Shown: positions 54,024-64,000 of the stretch, in pieces
How positions within the stretch are numbered: the first letter of the stretch is position 1
How the letters are laid out: each line of letters opens with the position of its first letter
Assembly (NCBI GenBank): GCA_026003215.1
Contig: BPGV01000001.1
Coordinates: 1,178,466-1,242,465, forward strand
DNA from: Bacteroidia bacterium
GTDB taxonomy: Bacteria > Bacteroidota > Bacteroidia > SpSt-205
DNA length: 64,000 nt
Direction: 5' to 3'
Translations under genes and position numbers: made by a program
Notes under the pieces: model-generated
What the model saw: the letters and a program-made list of their open reading frames with translations, nothing else
Told to the model about the DNA's origin: nothing
Databases searched by the model: none

Positions 54024-54799
54024 GGACACGGCACACATGGGGTATCGTTGTAGCGCACCAAGGCCAGGGGAGCCGTATGCCAATAGCGAAGCCGTTCCGC
54101 CAGCGCGGCTTCTTTATCCGGCTCGTACAGGTTAGGGTAAATGAGCATAAGGGGTTTTTGGGCCGCTTCCCAGGCAGCGTGGTAGTCGGAACGCTCCTGG
54201 GCAGGATAAAAATGCTGATAATCTATCCCCAGAAAATCCCACTCCCGCACACAAGGAATATCCGTAGGGCTCCCGCTGGTAAAACCCCAGTGCAGAGCGG
54301 GAGCGGCTTCTTTGAGCTGTCGTAAAAGACCACACCAAAAAGCATTTCCCCCAGGTGCTTTTTTCCAGCCACGACCAAAAGCCACATAAGAAACCTTATA
54401 GGGACGCATAAAAGGTATAAAGTCCTCCAGCAGCCACTGCGTGAAAGCCTGCTGCCAATGAGCCTGTGCCCCCGAGTCGGTCGGGAAAAACAAGGTATCG
54501 TCCCAAGGCGGCTCTATAATTAGCAGTTGCACAGGGAGCTGCTCTAAGAAAGTCGTCAAAGCATACCGATGGCCGGAGAGCCATTCGGGGGCATCGGTCA
54601 GCGGGTCCCTGCGCAAAACCAAGGATATCGCCCACCCCCCACTATCTTGCCCGCAGGAGAGCGGGAGGGTAGGCACACATTCTGCTTGGAGGGCTACATG
54701 ACGCCAGGTTGGAGGGGCGGCTACAGGCGCCTCCTGCCCTTGACAAGCCACACCTATAACAAAAAAAACTATAATCCTACTTTTGCTTCCGAAGGGCAC
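54020..54799 (-). CDS. hypothetical secreted protein
   Basis: 259 aa with a signal-peptide-like N-terminus and no recognised motifs. It sits between a GT2 and a GT9 gene. Confidence 0.4.
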   Translation of the reverse strand: MPFGSKSRIIVFFVIGVACQGQEAPVAAPPTWRHVALQAECVPTLPLSCGQDSGGWAISLVLRRDPLTDAPEWLSGHRYALTTFLEQLPVQLLIIEPPWDDTLFFPTDSGAQAHWQQAFTQWLLEDFIPFMRPYKVSYVAFGRGWKKAPGGNAFWCGLLRQLKEAAPALHWGFTSGSPTDIPCVREWDFLGIDYQHFYPAQERSDYHAAWEAAQKPLMLIYPNLYEPDKEAALAERLRYWHTAPLALVRYNDTPCVPCP

Positions 54800-56711
54800 C
54801 GAGATACGGAAGGCCTATAAGGAGGATTTTCCAATCTAAGAGCACCGAATACCGATACGCATACATCAGGTCTATGCTAAATATGTGCGGATAGTGCTCC
54901 CGTAAAAGGTCTGTGGTGAGCACCCCTTCTTTGAGGAGAGGCATTTCTTCCGACGGAAACTCGCTATAACTTACAAAATGATAACGCCCCAGGAGCACAC
55001 CTATCAGGCTCCTCAGGGCTGCAATAGGGGCATGATACACCCAAAAAGTAAAGGGATACGCTAAAAGCAGAAATACTCCAGCAGCCAAATCAAATATTTT
55101 CTTTTGGAAAAGCACTTCCGGCTGATGCAGACGTAAGTATAAACGTACGGAGTTTCGGCTTACCAAGATGCTCTGGGGACCGATGAGATAATCAGCATAC
55201 GGGGGAATAATCTTGAAACTGAGCTTGCGGTAGAAGTAGCGCATCATGAGCGAGATAATCTCCTGGGAAGTAAGGCTTGCATTACAAAAGATGAGTTCAT
55301 CGGGGTTATATCGGTCTAAGAGGTAGGGGAGCTGAACGGGTGTGCCTATGGCCTCTTTATGCGGGCGCGGGCTGACAAAGCCCAAAAACTCGGCAGGATA
55401 GCGGATATCTTCAAATAAGAGCTTGCGCAAGCGGGCAAACTGGGTGGGCTCTGCTACGACAAGCACCCGATGCGAAAGGTCCCCAGTAAGGTGCAGGCGT
55501 CCTTTCCGAAGCCAGTTGTCTAAGGCCCGCACCGAAAGGGCAATAGGCACTGCCGCCACCGCCATGCTTAGCACCATAAAGCGTGAGACATTGATAGAAG
55601 GGAAGAGGTAGCTCACCACTACGATAAGCAGCAACCCTACCAATACAGCCCCCGCTATGCGGCGAATACGATAAGGCGGCGCATAGTTAAGAAAAAGTAT
55701 ATGAGCGAGTACAAAAGCAGCGGCATACCCTAACAAAGCCCATATTTCATAGTAGGGAAAGAAGCTTTTTCCCGAAAAATCCCGCCAAAAGTGAAACAAA
55801 GCAAGCCCTACTCCATACAGAGCGGCCCCCTCTACAATCGGTAGATAAATGTGCTGGAGCACACGCTTGAAAGCCGAAAAGACGCCCGCCGAAATAATCC
55901 CTATCTGATATAAGAAAGCCGCAGGCCAACGGCGCAGACCTTTGTAGTGTTTTTGCACAAACTGTAAAGATGCTTTATAAAAAGTAAGGACGTAGTTGAG
56001 CGAACGGGTCTTGGTACTTTCCCCTTTGAAGTGGATAATCTGCGTGGTAGGCAAGTAATAGTTTTTATAACCAGCCTGCAAGATGCGATAACATAAATCT
56101 ATATCTTCGGCATACATGAAGAAACGCTCATCTAAGAGGCCCACCTCTTCCAATACCCGGCGTGGTATGCACATAAACGCCCCTAAAAGCACCGGCACCT
56201 CGGCTATTTCATCTTCGGGTAGATAGGTAAAGTGATACCGACCCAAAAGACGACTTTTTGGGAAAAGTCTATAAAGGCCACTGAGCTTACAGAATATATT
56301 CCATGCAGAAGGAAGATCCCTACGCGAGTCCACAGAAAAACGACCTTGACCATCTATGATTTTTACTCCCACAGCTCCAGCTTCCGGATGTGCTTCTAAG
56401 AAACGAATGACCTCCCGAAAGGTATCCTCCTGCACGATAGTATCGGGGTTGAGCAGCAGGATATACTTCCCCTGAGCTAAGCGAATAGCTTGATTATTTG
56501 CCCGGGCAAAGCCCAGATTAATTTCATTAGCGATGACCTTGACCCAGGGGAACTCTTCCCGCACCATCTCCATGCTCCCATCTATAGAGGCGTTATCTAC
56601 CACCCATACTTCGCCATTTAGCCCTTCTAAGGCCCGCGCCACCGATTGCAAGCACTGCCGCAAAAAGTACTTGACATTATAGCTGACGATGATGACCGAG
56701 ATATCTATCAT
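54777..56711 (-). CDS. glycosyltransferase family 2 with a large C-terminal membrane domain
   Basis: ISVIIVSYN...VVDNASIDGS plus a DXD motif, then about 8 predicted TM helices. Confidence 0.8.
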   Translation of the reverse strand: MIDISVIIVSYNVKYFLRQCLQSVARALEGLNGEVWVVDNASIDGSMEMVREEFPWVKVIANEINLGFARANNQAIRLAQGKYILLLNPDTIVQEDTFREVIRFLEAHPEAGAVGVKIIDGQGRFSVDSRRDLPSAWNIFCKLSGLYRLFPKSRLLGRYHFTYLPEDEIAEVPVLLGAFMCIPRRVLEEVGLLDERFFMYAEDIDLCYRILQAGYKNYYLPTTQIIHFKGESTKTRSLNYVLTFYKASLQFVQKHYKGLRRWPAAFLYQIGIISAGVFSAFKRVLQHIYLPIVEGAALYGVGLALFHFWRDFSGKSFFPYYEIWALLGYAAAFVLAHILFLNYAPPYRIRRIAGAVLVGLLLIVVVSYLFPSINVSRFMVLSMAVAAVPIALSVRALDNWLRKGRLHLTGDLSHRVLVVAEPTQFARLRKLLFEDIRYPAEFLGFVSPRPHKEAIGTPVQLPYLLDRYNPDELIFCNASLTSQEIISLMMRYFYRKLSFKIIPPYADYLIGPQSILVSRNSVRLYLRLHQPEVLFQKKIFDLAAGVFLLLAYPFTFWVYHAPIAALRSLIGVLLGRYHFVSYSEFPSEEMPLLKEGVLTTDLLREHYPHIFSIDLMYAYRYSVLLDWKILLIGLPYLGALRKQK

Positions 56712-57319
56712 ACCGAGAAGGGTTGGCGTTCACGCAGAGAACGGGAAAGGGTGAGTGGGTCTACGTATTCCAAGTCACTGCCGACAGGGATGCCGCTGGC
56801 AAAACGAGTGATGCGCCCGGGCCAATCTGCCAGCTGTCGGGCAATATAGTAGGCGGTAGTTTCGGCTTCTGGGCTGGTCCCCAAGGCTAAGATGACCTCT
56901 TGATACCCGTCACGGCGCAGGCGGTCCCAGAGTGGAGCTAAGCGCAGGTCTTTTTCTTGAATGCCTGCCAGCGGGTCTAATACCCCCCCTAAAACATGAT
57001 ACCGTCCGCGAAAAGCCTGGCTGCGTTCTATGGCCAGCACATCGCCCGCCTCCTTGACTACACAGAGGATAGGCTCGTCTCGGGCAGGGTCAGCGCAAAT
57101 AGCACATACGGGCTGGGGGCCTTCTGCCCAAAAACCACAGTAGGTGCAAGGGGCTACCTTCTCCACTACTTGGGTCAGGGCTTCTGCAAGCTGGACTTGG
57201 AGGGTAGGCTGGCGTAATAGCGATTGAAGTATCCGTAGTGCACTCCGCGGGCCTATGCCCGGAAGCTTCTCTAAAAGCTCACGCAACGCCTCTACGGGTG
57301 CGGGAAGCACTGTAGCCAT
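56708..57319 (-). CDS. recR: recombination protein RecR
   Basis: Helix-hairpin-helix LPGIGPRSALR, a C4 zinc finger CTYCG...CAIC, and a Toprim domain. Confidence 0.85.
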   Translation of the reverse strand: MATVLPAPVEALRELLEKLPGIGPRSALRILQSLLRQPTLQVQLAEALTQVVEKVAPCTYCGFWAEGPQPVCAICADPARDEPILCVVKEAGDVLAIERSQAFRGRYHVLGGVLDPLAGIQEKDLRLAPLWDRLRRDGYQEVILALGTSPEAETTAYYIARQLADWPGRITRFASGIPVGSDLEYVDPLTLSRSLRERQPFSV

Positions 57320-57340
57320 GGGTATTGCGCAAAGCTAAAG

Positions 57341-57372
57341 CAAAAAAGCCGCCCTCTTACGAAGGCGGCCAA
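57341..57372 (-). terminator. probable rho-independent terminator after clpB
   Basis: Imperfect hairpin GCCGCCTTC-GTAA-GAGGGCGGC followed by TTTTTTG on the minus strand. Confidence 0.45.
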
Positions 57373-57395
57373 AAGTTGGGATTTTTCCGCAGTTT

Positions 57396-60020
57396 TCAGG
57401 AGGAGACGGCCTCTGAAGTAGCCACAGGGGTAAAGAATATCACGCCCTCAACTTGGCGTATCATTACCCGGCTACCGGGTGCGATCTCTCCGCTGAGGAG
57501 CTTTTCAGCCAGTGGGTTTAGGATAAGGCTTTGGATAGCTCGCTTAAGCGGCCGAGCCCCAAACTGCACATCGTACCCTACTTCTGCCAGGTACTCTACC
57601 ACCTCCGGCTCCCATTCCAGCATGATATCTTGTTCTTGGAGGCGCTGGGCTACTTGCTGAAGCTGCAGCTTCACAATCTCCCGCAAGAGGGCCGGCGTGA
57701 GCGGCTCAAAGAGCACTATCTCATCTATGCGGTTGAGAAACTCCGGCCTAAAGCCGCGCTTAAGCAGCTCCATAACTTCCTTGCGCAGCTCCTCCATGAC
57801 CGCGTCTTTCTCTTCAGGGCGAATGCCGGCCAGCCGATCCATAATCAGATGGGCGCCAATATTAGAGGTCATGATGATGAGCGTATTTTTGAAGTTCACC
57901 ACGCGCCCCTTGCTGTCGGTGAGGCGGCCGTCATCCAAGACCTGCAAGAGAATATTGAACACATCCGGATGCGCTTTTTCGATTTCGTCCAGGAGAATGA
58001 CGCTGTAGGGGCGACGGCGTATGGCTTCCGTAAGCTGGCCGCCTTCTTCATAGCCGACATAGCCCGGGGGGGCTCCAATAAGCCGACTTACGGAATGCTT
58101 CTCTTGATACTCGGACATGTCAATGCGCACCATGGCCTGCTCGGAGTTGAAGAGGGCTTCAGCTAAGGCTTTGGCCAACTCCGTTTTACCTACGCCTGTC
58201 GGCCCGATAAAGAGGAAAGAACCAATCGGCCGATTGGGGTCTTGAATGCCGGCGCGGCTGCGACGGATAGCGTTAGCCACCGCGCGAATGGCTTCGTCTT
58301 GGCCTACCACCCGCTGATGCAGAAGGTCTTCTAAATGGAGAAGCTTTTCCCGTTCAGACTGGAGCATCTTGGAGACAGGTATGCCGGTCCAGCGGCTTAC
58401 GACCGCCGCTATATCCTCCGCGGTAACCTCCTCTCGGAGGAGACGCTGCCCCTTGGCGGCTAAGGCATTGAGGCGCTCGGTGAGTTCTTCTATTTTCTTT
58501 TCTGCGGCGGGGATACGCCCATAGCGGATTTCTGCGGCTTTCCCCCAATCCATTTGCCTTTCGGCATATTCGGCTTCTACGCGGAGCTGTTCTATTTCTT
58601 CTCGGGTAGCACGGATTTCGGCCAAGAGATTCTTTTCGGCTTCCCACTGCGCCCGGAGCTCTTGGCGCTTTTGGTACAGCTCTTCCAGCTGGCGGGCGAT
58701 CTCCGCTACCTTGCGCTCATCCTTTTCTATTTTGAGGGCTTCGCGTTCTACCTCCAGCTGACGGATGCGCCGCTCCAGCTCATCTAAGGGCTCCGGCAGG
58801 GAATCTATGGCCAGCCGCAGCCGAGCTGCCGCTTCATCTATTAGGTCTATGGCCTTGTCGGGCAAAAAGCGGTCCGTAATATAGCGATGGGACAGCTCCG
58901 CCGCAGCTACAATCGCCTCATCGGTGATGCGGATACCGTGATGCACCTCATACCGCTCTTTCAGCCCCCGCAGGATAGAGATAGTTTCCTCTACCGAAGG
59001 CTCATCTACGTACACAGGCTGGAAGCGCCGTTCTAAGGCCTTGTCCTTCTCTATATACTTTTGGTATTCGTCCAGGGTAGTGGCGCCGATCACGCGCAGC
59101 TCACCCCGAGCTAAGGCCGGCTTGAGGATATTACCGGCGTCCATAGCCCCCTCGGCCTTGCCTGCACCAATCAGGTTATGCAGCTCGTCTATAAAGAGAA
59201 TGATTTGGCCTTCGGACTGCACCACTTCTTGGACGACGGCTTTGAGGCGCTCCTCAAACTGCCCCCGGTACATAGCCCCCGCCAAAAGCGCTGCCATGTC
59301 CAGGGCAAATAGGCGCTTATTCTTGAGGTTTTCGGGTACATCGCCTAAGGCTATGCGCTGGGCTATTCCTTCTACGATAGCGGTTTTCCCTACGCCGGGG
59401 TGACCTATGAGCACAGGATTATTTTTAGTGCGGCGGGCCAGGATTTGGAGGGTGCGACGAATCTCCTCATCCCGACCAATCACTGGGTCCAGCTTCCCCT
59501 TCCGCGCCAGATCCGTAAGGTCCACTGCGTACCGTTGCAGCGCGTTGAACTTCTCCTCGGCCGAAGGGTCCGTTACTTTACGGCCGCCGCGCAGCTCCTG
59601 AATAGCCTTTTCTATCGCCGAGGTACTCAGGCCTTGATCTTTGAGCAGGCGGCCAATAGCGTCTTTGCTTTCGCTGAGCCCCAGCCAGAGGTGCTCCACG
59701 CTGGCGTAAGAGTCTTTCATGCGGCTTGCGTAGGCCAGGGATTTTTGTAGGACTTCGTTTAGAGTGGGGCCTAAACCGGGCGTACCCGCTGGTCCCGTTA
59801 GCTTAGGCTGTTCGCTGAGCCACTTTTGCGCCTGCTGGAGGAGATAGTTTTGGTTTGCTCCTACTTTTTGGATAAGATAGGGCGTTATGGCTTCATCTTT
59901 CTGCAAAAGAGCCAGCAAAAGGTGCCCACTTTCTACGGTAGGATGGGTATGACCTTGGGCGATTTCCACAGCGTGCTGGAGCGCCTCTTGCGCTCGCACC
60001 GTAAATTGGTTCCAGTTCAT
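57396..60020 (-). CDS. clpB: ATP-dependent chaperone ClpB
   Basis: Two AAA+ modules ([18 protein letters not shown] and a second [15 protein letters not shown]) with a long middle coiled coil. N-terminus [14 protein letters not shown]. Confidence 0.9.
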   Translation of the reverse strand: MNWNQFTVRAQEALQHAVEIAQGHTHPTVESGHLLLALLQKDEAITPYLIQKVGANQNYLLQQAQKWLSEQPKLTGPAGTPGLGPTLNEVLQKSLAYASRMKDSYASVEHLWLGLSESKDAIGRLLKDQGLSTSAIEKAIQELRGGRKVTDPSAEEKFNALQRYAVDLTDLARKGKLDPVIGRDEEIRRTLQILARRTKNNPVLIGHPGVGKTAIVEGIAQRIALGDVPENLKNKRLFALDMAALLAGAMYRGQFEERLKAVVQEVVQSEGQIILFIDELHNLIGAGKAEGAMDAGNILKPALARGELRVIGATTLDEYQKYIEKDKALERRFQPVYVDEPSVEETISILRGLKERYEVHHGIRITDEAIVAAAELSHRYITDRFLPDKAIDLIDEAAARLRLAIDSLPEPLDELERRIRQLEVEREALKIEKDERKVAEIARQLEELYQKRQELRAQWEAEKNLLAEIRATREEIEQLRVEAEYAERQMDWGKAAEIRYGRIPAAEKKIEELTERLNALAAKGQRLLREEVTAEDIAAVVSRWTGIPVSKMLQSEREKLLHLEDLLHQRVVGQDEAIRAVANAIRRSRAGIQDPNRPIGSFLFIGPTGVGKTELAKALAEALFNSEQAMVRIDMSEYQEKHSVSRLIGAPPGYVGYEEGGQLTEAIRRRPYSVILLDEIEKAHPDVFNILLQVLDDGRLTDSKGRVVNFKNTLIIMTSNIGAHLIMDRLAGIRPEEKDAVMEELRKEVMELLKRGFRPEFLNRIDEIVLFEPLTPALLREIVKLQLQQVAQRLQEQDIMLEWEPEVVEYLAEVGYDVQFGARPLKRAIQSLILNPLAEKLLSGEIAPGSRVMIRQVEGVIFFTPVATSEAVSS

Positions 60021-60078
60021 GGGGGAAGGAAAGAGCAAAGGTTAGGCCATGCCAAAATGACACCAAAAACTGTCAAGG

Positions 60079-60885
60079 TTATGCGGAGGGGGCCAGGGCT
60101 GCTTCTCTCAGGACAGCCCGGAGGGCTTCATGGGCCCAGGGACTGCCTGCTAAGATGCTCCCCTCCCACAGGTACCCTTCCCCCCCCGCAAAGTCGGTGA
60201 CGACTCCGCCGGCTTCTTGGACGAGGAGGCTACCGGCGGCCACATCCCAAGGGTTGAGGTCCATTTCAAAGAAGACATCCATGCGGCCTGCGGCCACATA
60301 GGCCAGGTCCAGCGCTGCAGAACCTAACCGCCGCAGCCCCCCGAAGCGGCGCATCACTTCATTCAAGGCCCTAAAGTACCGCTCGGCCCGCTCAGGGTTC
60401 TTATACATGAAACCCGTCACCACTAAAAGCTTATCAGGGTCGGCCGTGTCACTTACGGAAAGTCGCTCTTTCTCTCGATAGGCGCCACTGCCCCGCACCG
60501 CCCAAAAGGCTTCGTCCTGTTCCACAGCGTACACTACTCCTGCCACAGGCTGGCGCTTGTGTAGGAGGGCCACGCTTATCCCGTACAGGGGTATGCCATG
60601 CACGAAGTTTTTTGTGCCATCCAGGGGGTCTATCACCCAGACAAAGGGCTTTTCTTGGGCTTCTCCGCCGCTTTCTTCCAATATAAAGCCGGCTTCGGGT
60701 AGGAGGCGGGCGCAGCGCTCTTGCAGCATAGCCTCCGCGGTCCTATCTACATACGAGACCGGGTCGCGTGCCGTTTTATATTCCGCATCCCGACGCGAGA
60801 AGCGCCGAAACTCATCGCGGAGATAGGCGCCCACTTCGCGCACTATGCGGAGGAGCGCCGGGATCGCCACCACTGTATCCCCCAT
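60079..60885 (-). CDS. inositol monophosphatase family protein (SuhB-like)
   Basis: IDPLDGTKNF and WDVAAGSLLVQEAGG motifs. Confidence 0.8.
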   Translation of the reverse strand: MGDTVVAIPALLRIVREVGAYLRDEFRRFSRRDAEYKTARDPVSYVDRTAEAMLQERCARLLPEAGFILEESGGEAQEKPFVWVIDPLDGTKNFVHGIPLYGISVALLHKRQPVAGVVYAVEQDEAFWAVRGSGAYREKERLSVSDTADPDKLLVVTGFMYKNPERAERYFRALNEVMRRFGGLRRLGSAALDLAYVAAGRMDVFFEMDLNPWDVAAGSLLVQEAGGVVTDFAGGEGYLWEGSILAGSPWAHEALRAVLREAALAPSA

Positions 60886-62465
60886 AGGATGAGCACAAAG
60901 GTAAGTAGGCCCCCCAGTACCCCCCCGCCAAAACGATAATAAAAAGAGGTTGGCATTTGCGGGGTAAGGTGTGCGTGGATGCGCCCCAGTTGGTCGTAGG
61001 GCATAGAAGCGATAGGGTCGCCCTCGGCCGTGAGCAAAGCTGAGATGCCGGTATTAGCGCCACGTACGGCCGGCACGCCTAAGGCCGCCGCAGTGAGCCG
61101 CCCGTAGGTATAATGCTGCTGATAACCACTGCTTTTTTTCCACCAGCCATCGTTGGTGAGAATGGCGATAAGGCTGGGGGCCTCCGGCAGACGCCGCCGC
61201 ATATCCTCCACAAAAATGCTCTCGTAACATACCGCTACCGCCACAGGCAGATTGTCCGGGTAGAGGAAGAGCGGCCCCTGTGTTACGGGCCGCCCAAAGC
61301 TCCCAAACCCACCCCCTAAGTCAATATACCAGCCTTTCAAAAACGAAAAGACTTCTAAATAAGGTACCCGTTCTACAAAGGGCACAAGCCTATCTTTGAT
61401 ATGCACTTGGAAAGTATCCGGTCGGATGAGGAGAGCTGCATTGTACATTTCATAACCGCCGCCTTCGGGCATCGGGCGCGCCGAAGCTGGGAGAGGCATA
61501 CCAGGCGAGAAGTACTTGTATCCCACTACGCCTAAAAGGACATTTACGCGGTAGCGCTCCGCATACGCAAAGAAGGGCCGCAAAAAGGGTTCGGTGCGTG
61601 GGTGGTCTATGCTTACAGGCAAGGGAATAACCGTTTCTGGGCCTACGATAAGGCTACCCGGCGGAGGGGCTAAGGGCAAGAGCCCCAAAAGCCTTTCTAC
61701 CTGCTTTTCTGGGGAGAACTCCGCAAACTTGGCATAAGGGTCAATGTTCGGTTGCATAGCCCATACCGACCGAGGCATACCAGAACGCCCAGAGAAAGAA
61801 GGTGGAAAGAGCCCCATACCCAACGTGAGGAGGAACCACAGACCGATGGCCCCCCATTTCCCCCGGCTGGTGCCCAGCTCCCGCCAAAGAGCTATGCCTA
61901 TCAAGGTCCAGACCGAAAGTCCTATGGGGCCAAAGACGGAAGCCAGATTACGTCCTATCTCCCACGCGCTCCAAGCCCACCCTAAGGTAAGCCAACCCCA
62001 AGACAGCTCCCAGCGAAAGTGAAAAACTTCAAACACACCCCACAAAAAGATAAACAACCATACGGGGGTAGGGGAGCCCAGCTTCTGGCCGAGCGAGCGC
62101 GCGCCCCACCACGGCAGGAGCATAAGAAGCGGATTCACGAGGATGGCCAGGGCCCCCGCCAGGAAACTCACGAGGGCTTCGGTGGGGGAAGGGGCACTCA
62201 GCGCCGTGAGCGTGAGCCAGTAGCAGGTAAGGAGGTTCCAGAGAAAGAGGCCCCAGTATAACGGCTTGTAGGGCCGGTGCCCTTCGCCTATGCGCCAGAG
62301 GAGGAGCCAAGCCGGCCACAGGAGCCAGGTTTGAGCCAGCGGCGGGAAAGCGCCCGCCAAAGCTATTCCCGCCAGTGTCGCCGCCTTATAAGGACTCCGT
62401 GTAGGAAGCGCCTGCCACCAAGAGAACCACCTCGCCACGCGGGGGAGTTGCGCTGAAGTAGGCAT
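60843..62465 (-). CDS. lnt: apolipoprotein N-acyltransferase
   Basis: N-terminal polytopic membrane region and a C-terminal CN-hydrolase domain (VAVCYESIF). The start is uncertain because it overlaps rsmI by 80 nt. Confidence 0.7.
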   Translation of the reverse strand: MPTSAQLPRVARWFSWWQALPTRSPYKAATLAGIALAGAFPPLAQTWLLWPAWLLLWRIGEGHRPYKPLYWGLFLWNLLTCYWLTLTALSAPSPTEALVSFLAGALAILVNPLLMLLPWWGARSLGQKLGSPTPVWLFIFLWGVFEVFHFRWELSWGWLTLGWAWSAWEIGRNLASVFGPIGLSVWTLIGIALWRELGTSRGKWGAIGLWFLLTLGMGLFPPSFSGRSGMPRSVWAMQPNIDPYAKFAEFSPEKQVERLLGLLPLAPPPGSLIVGPETVIPLPVSIDHPRTEPFLRPFFAYAERYRVNVLLGVVGYKYFSPGMPLPASARPMPEGGGYEMYNAALLIRPDTFQVHIKDRLVPFVERVPYLEVFSFLKGWYIDLGGGFGSFGRPVTQGPLFLYPDNLPVAVAVCYESIFVEDMRRRLPEAPSLIAILTNDGWWKKSSGYQQHYTYGRLTAAALGVPAVRGANTGISALLTAEGDPIASMPYDQLGRIHAHLTPQMPTSFYYRFGGGVLGGLLTFVLILWGIQWWRSRRSSA

Positions 62466-63075
62466 AAAGCTCGGCTAAGGTACCACGCCGTACCTCTTCG
62501 TGCAGTTTGGTAAGCTCCCGAGCCACGCAGGCCAGACGCGCTTCACCCCACGTTTCTTTAAGGAGGCTCAAGGTCCGCACCAGCCGCAGAGGCGACTCAT
62601 ACCAGATGAGGGTGCGTTCTTCGTGGCGAAGAGCTTCCAGATAGGCTTTTTGGCCCCGGCGGGGAAAGAAACCCTCAAAAGCAAACCGATGAGACGGCAA
62701 GCCACTGGCTATCAGGGCTGTAAGAAACGCCGATGGCCCCGGTAGCACATATACCGGGATGCCCCGCCGATGCGCTTCTCGGATAGGCAAATACCCCGGA
62801 TCAGCAATCCCCGGCATACCGCTATCGGTGAGCAGCCCTACCCGCCATTGGTGACGCACAGCTTCATGAAAAAGCCGCTCCAGCACCTTATGCTCGTTAT
62901 ACGCATGTAAGGCGCGGAGCGGCTTACCTGAGATGCCGTAATGGGCCAGAAGCTTCTGGCTATGGCGCGTATCCTCACACCATAGCACATCCACCTCTTG
63001 GAGGACTTTATGGGCACGATAGGTAAGGTCCTCCAAGTGCCCAATCGGGGTGGGGATAACCCACAGCCCCTGCAC
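62386..63075 (-). CDS. rsmI: 16S rRNA (cytidine1402-2'-O)-methyltransferase RsmI
   Basis: Tetrapyrrole-methylase-like fold. N-terminus LWVIPTPIGHLEDLTYRA...LWCEDTRHSQKLL. Confidence 0.8.
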   Translation of the reverse strand: MQGLWVIPTPIGHLEDLTYRAHKVLQEVDVLWCEDTRHSQKLLAHYGISGKPLRALHAYNEHKVLERLFHEAVRHQWRVGLLTDSGMPGIADPGYLPIREAHRRGIPVYVLPGPSAFLTALIASGLPSHRFAFEGFFPRRGQKAYLEALRHEERTLIWYESPLRLVRTLSLLKETWGEARLACVARELTKLHEEVRRGTLAELYAYFSATPPRGEVVLLVAGASYTESL

Positions 63076-63086
63076 TTACGCCCACC

Positions 63087-63611
63087 TTACTTTTTCCCGC
63101 CAGAACGCCCCTTGGCGGCTGGACCCCGACGGCGAGCAGGGGTGCTCCCCTCCGTAGAAGGCACCGGCACACCCCGATTAATCGGCGTGTCCAGCACCAT
63201 TTCCACCTCAGTCCGATCGGATTTGAGATCCTGCGCAAAAAACTGAAGGAGACCATGCAGGTCATTCACATCTCGTAGGTACGCATACACCAAAAGGTTC
63301 ATGCTACCTGTGAGTACATGCACAGTCCCTACATCAGACCGCCCCTCTAACGCCTTTATGGCTTTGGCCAGATCCGGCACATGCAAACGCGCCGCAGCTA
63401 CCAAGGAATAGCCCAACTTCTTTGCATCCAAGAGGAGCTGCGCACCTTTGATGACTCCTGCTTCCTTAAGCCGCTGAACCCGCAAATAAATGGTGCCAAT
63501 AGATACGCCGACCTTGTCTTTGACTTTGGCGTACGACTCTAACGGATTTTCAGCAAGGGCCTTCAACAGCTGGAGATCCAGCTGGTCCAGGGTTTGACTT
63601 CGCTTTCGCAT
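63087..63611 (-). CDS. Lrp/AsnC-family transcriptional regulator with a basic C-terminal tail
   Basis: HTH LDLQLLKALAENPLESYAKVKDKVGVSIGTIYLRVQRL plus a RAM domain. I read it from the internal ATG at 63611. Confidence 0.75.
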   Translation of the reverse strand: MRKRSQTLDQLDLQLLKALAENPLESYAKVKDKVGVSIGTIYLRVQRLKEAGVIKGAQLLLDAKKLGYSLVAAARLHVPDLAKAIKALEGRSDVGTVHVLTGSMNLLVYAYLRDVNDLHGLLQFFAQDLKSDRTEVEMVLDTPINRGVPVPSTEGSTPARRRGPAAKGRSGGKK

Positions 63612-63755
63612 AGGCTTTGTGCGTTTTTGGAGTAAAACAAAATCTCCGCCGACAAAGTTACGACTTTTGAGAGATATACAACTCGGCAATTTTTCCGAAC
63701 AAAAGCCATATTTCTTTCCGCCACAGGGGCAGCCCCCTAAATCCGAACTTCTCCT

Positions 63756-63763
63756 TAGCTTTG
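63756..63763 (+). promoter_or_regulatory. candidate -7 promoter element TAGCTTTG, 5 nt upstream of the pckA ATG
   Basis: Matches TAnnTTTG and is the same decamer as the one upstream of nuoD. Confidence 0.3.
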
Positions 63764-63767
63764 CTCC

Positions 63768-64000
63768 ATGTTTCCCCTCATTTCCCAACCCATCAGGAGT
63801 AACCTCACCGACACCGTGTATGCTAACCTCTCTACCTCCGAACTGATTGAACACACCCTTCGCGCAGGGCAGGGCGCCTTAGCAGATAACGGCGCCTTAG
63901 TCGTGCGCACGGGTGAGTTTACAGGCCGAGCCCCCAAGGACAAGTTTGTGGTGCGCGACGCTTTCACCGAGGACCTCATTTGGTGGGGCGAAGTCAATAA
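63768..64000 (+). CDS. pckA: phosphoenolpyruvate carboxykinase (ATP), N-terminal fragment; continues beyond the window
   Basis: Not in the ORF track because there is no stop inside the window. It translates as MFPLISQPIRSNLTDTVYANLSTSELIEHTLRAGQGALADNGALVVRTGEFTGRAPKDKFVVRDAFTEDLIWWGEVN, a good match to the PckA N-terminus. Confidence 0.75.
   Translation, partial: MFPLISQPIRSNLTDTVYANLSTSELIEHTLRAGQGALADNGALVVRTGEFTGRAPKDKFVVRDAFTEDLIWWGEVN

Noticed and set aside
57531-58166. 211-aa plus-strand ORF inside clpB
   Set aside because: It is antisense to one of the most conserved genes in the window and is a typical long shadow ORF.
63612-63854. 81-aa upstream extension of the Lrp ORF, and the 63619..63846 plus-strand ORF
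   Set aside because: The extension has no homology, and the Lrp HTH begins right after the internal Met. The plus-strand ORF is out of frame with pckA and is displaced by the clearly homologous pckA N-terminus.
1-64000. CRISPR arrays, transposases, integrases, phage genes
   Set aside because: I scanned both strands for regularly spaced short repeats and for recombinase or transposase motifs and saw none. The only compositional anomaly is the 6274..7453 island.

Overview
This window is a chromosomal region of about 58% GC with dense, mostly minus-strand housekeeping genes. Several signals point to Bacteroidota (an assignment, not proven): a type-B T9SS C-terminal sorting domain on a 1100-aa protein, TAnnTTTG -7 promoter boxes just upstream of several starts, and a B-type (ba3-like) cytochrome oxidase. 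Recognisable genes include kdtA (3' part), aroC, a mrp/nfu pair, purE, a TrmH-family methyltransferase, a GT4/phosphomannomutase/FAH operon, nuoD, asnB, recJ, recN, argS, queA, pyrC, an Omp85-family protein, a SCO1 / oxidase subunit I / subunit II operon, ispD, tRNA-Met and tRNA-Pro, recR, clpB, an IMPase, lnt, rsmI, an Lrp-family regulator and the start of pckA. The most interesting signal is a 1.2-kb low-GC island (about 35-40% GC) wedged between purE and an outer-membrane protein gene. It carries two overlapping ORFs of about 200 aa that I cannot assign to any family. The first is fused to the purE stop codon by an ATGA overlap. This looks like a horizontally acquired two-gene cassette, possibly a nuclease or defense-like module, with no integrase. 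Other notable items: (1) an unannotated 44-aa ORF that matches ba3-oxidase subunit IIa (CbaD) upstream of subunit II; (2) a second, divergent queA paralog 13 kb from the canonical queA; (3) a REC-PP2C phosphatase, a recently duplicated stand-alone REC gene and a propeller hybrid histidine kinase lying between recJ and recN; (4) an orphan nuoD; (5) a Met/His-rich lipoprotein beside the oxidase cluster. I saw no CRISPR array, transposase or integrase.
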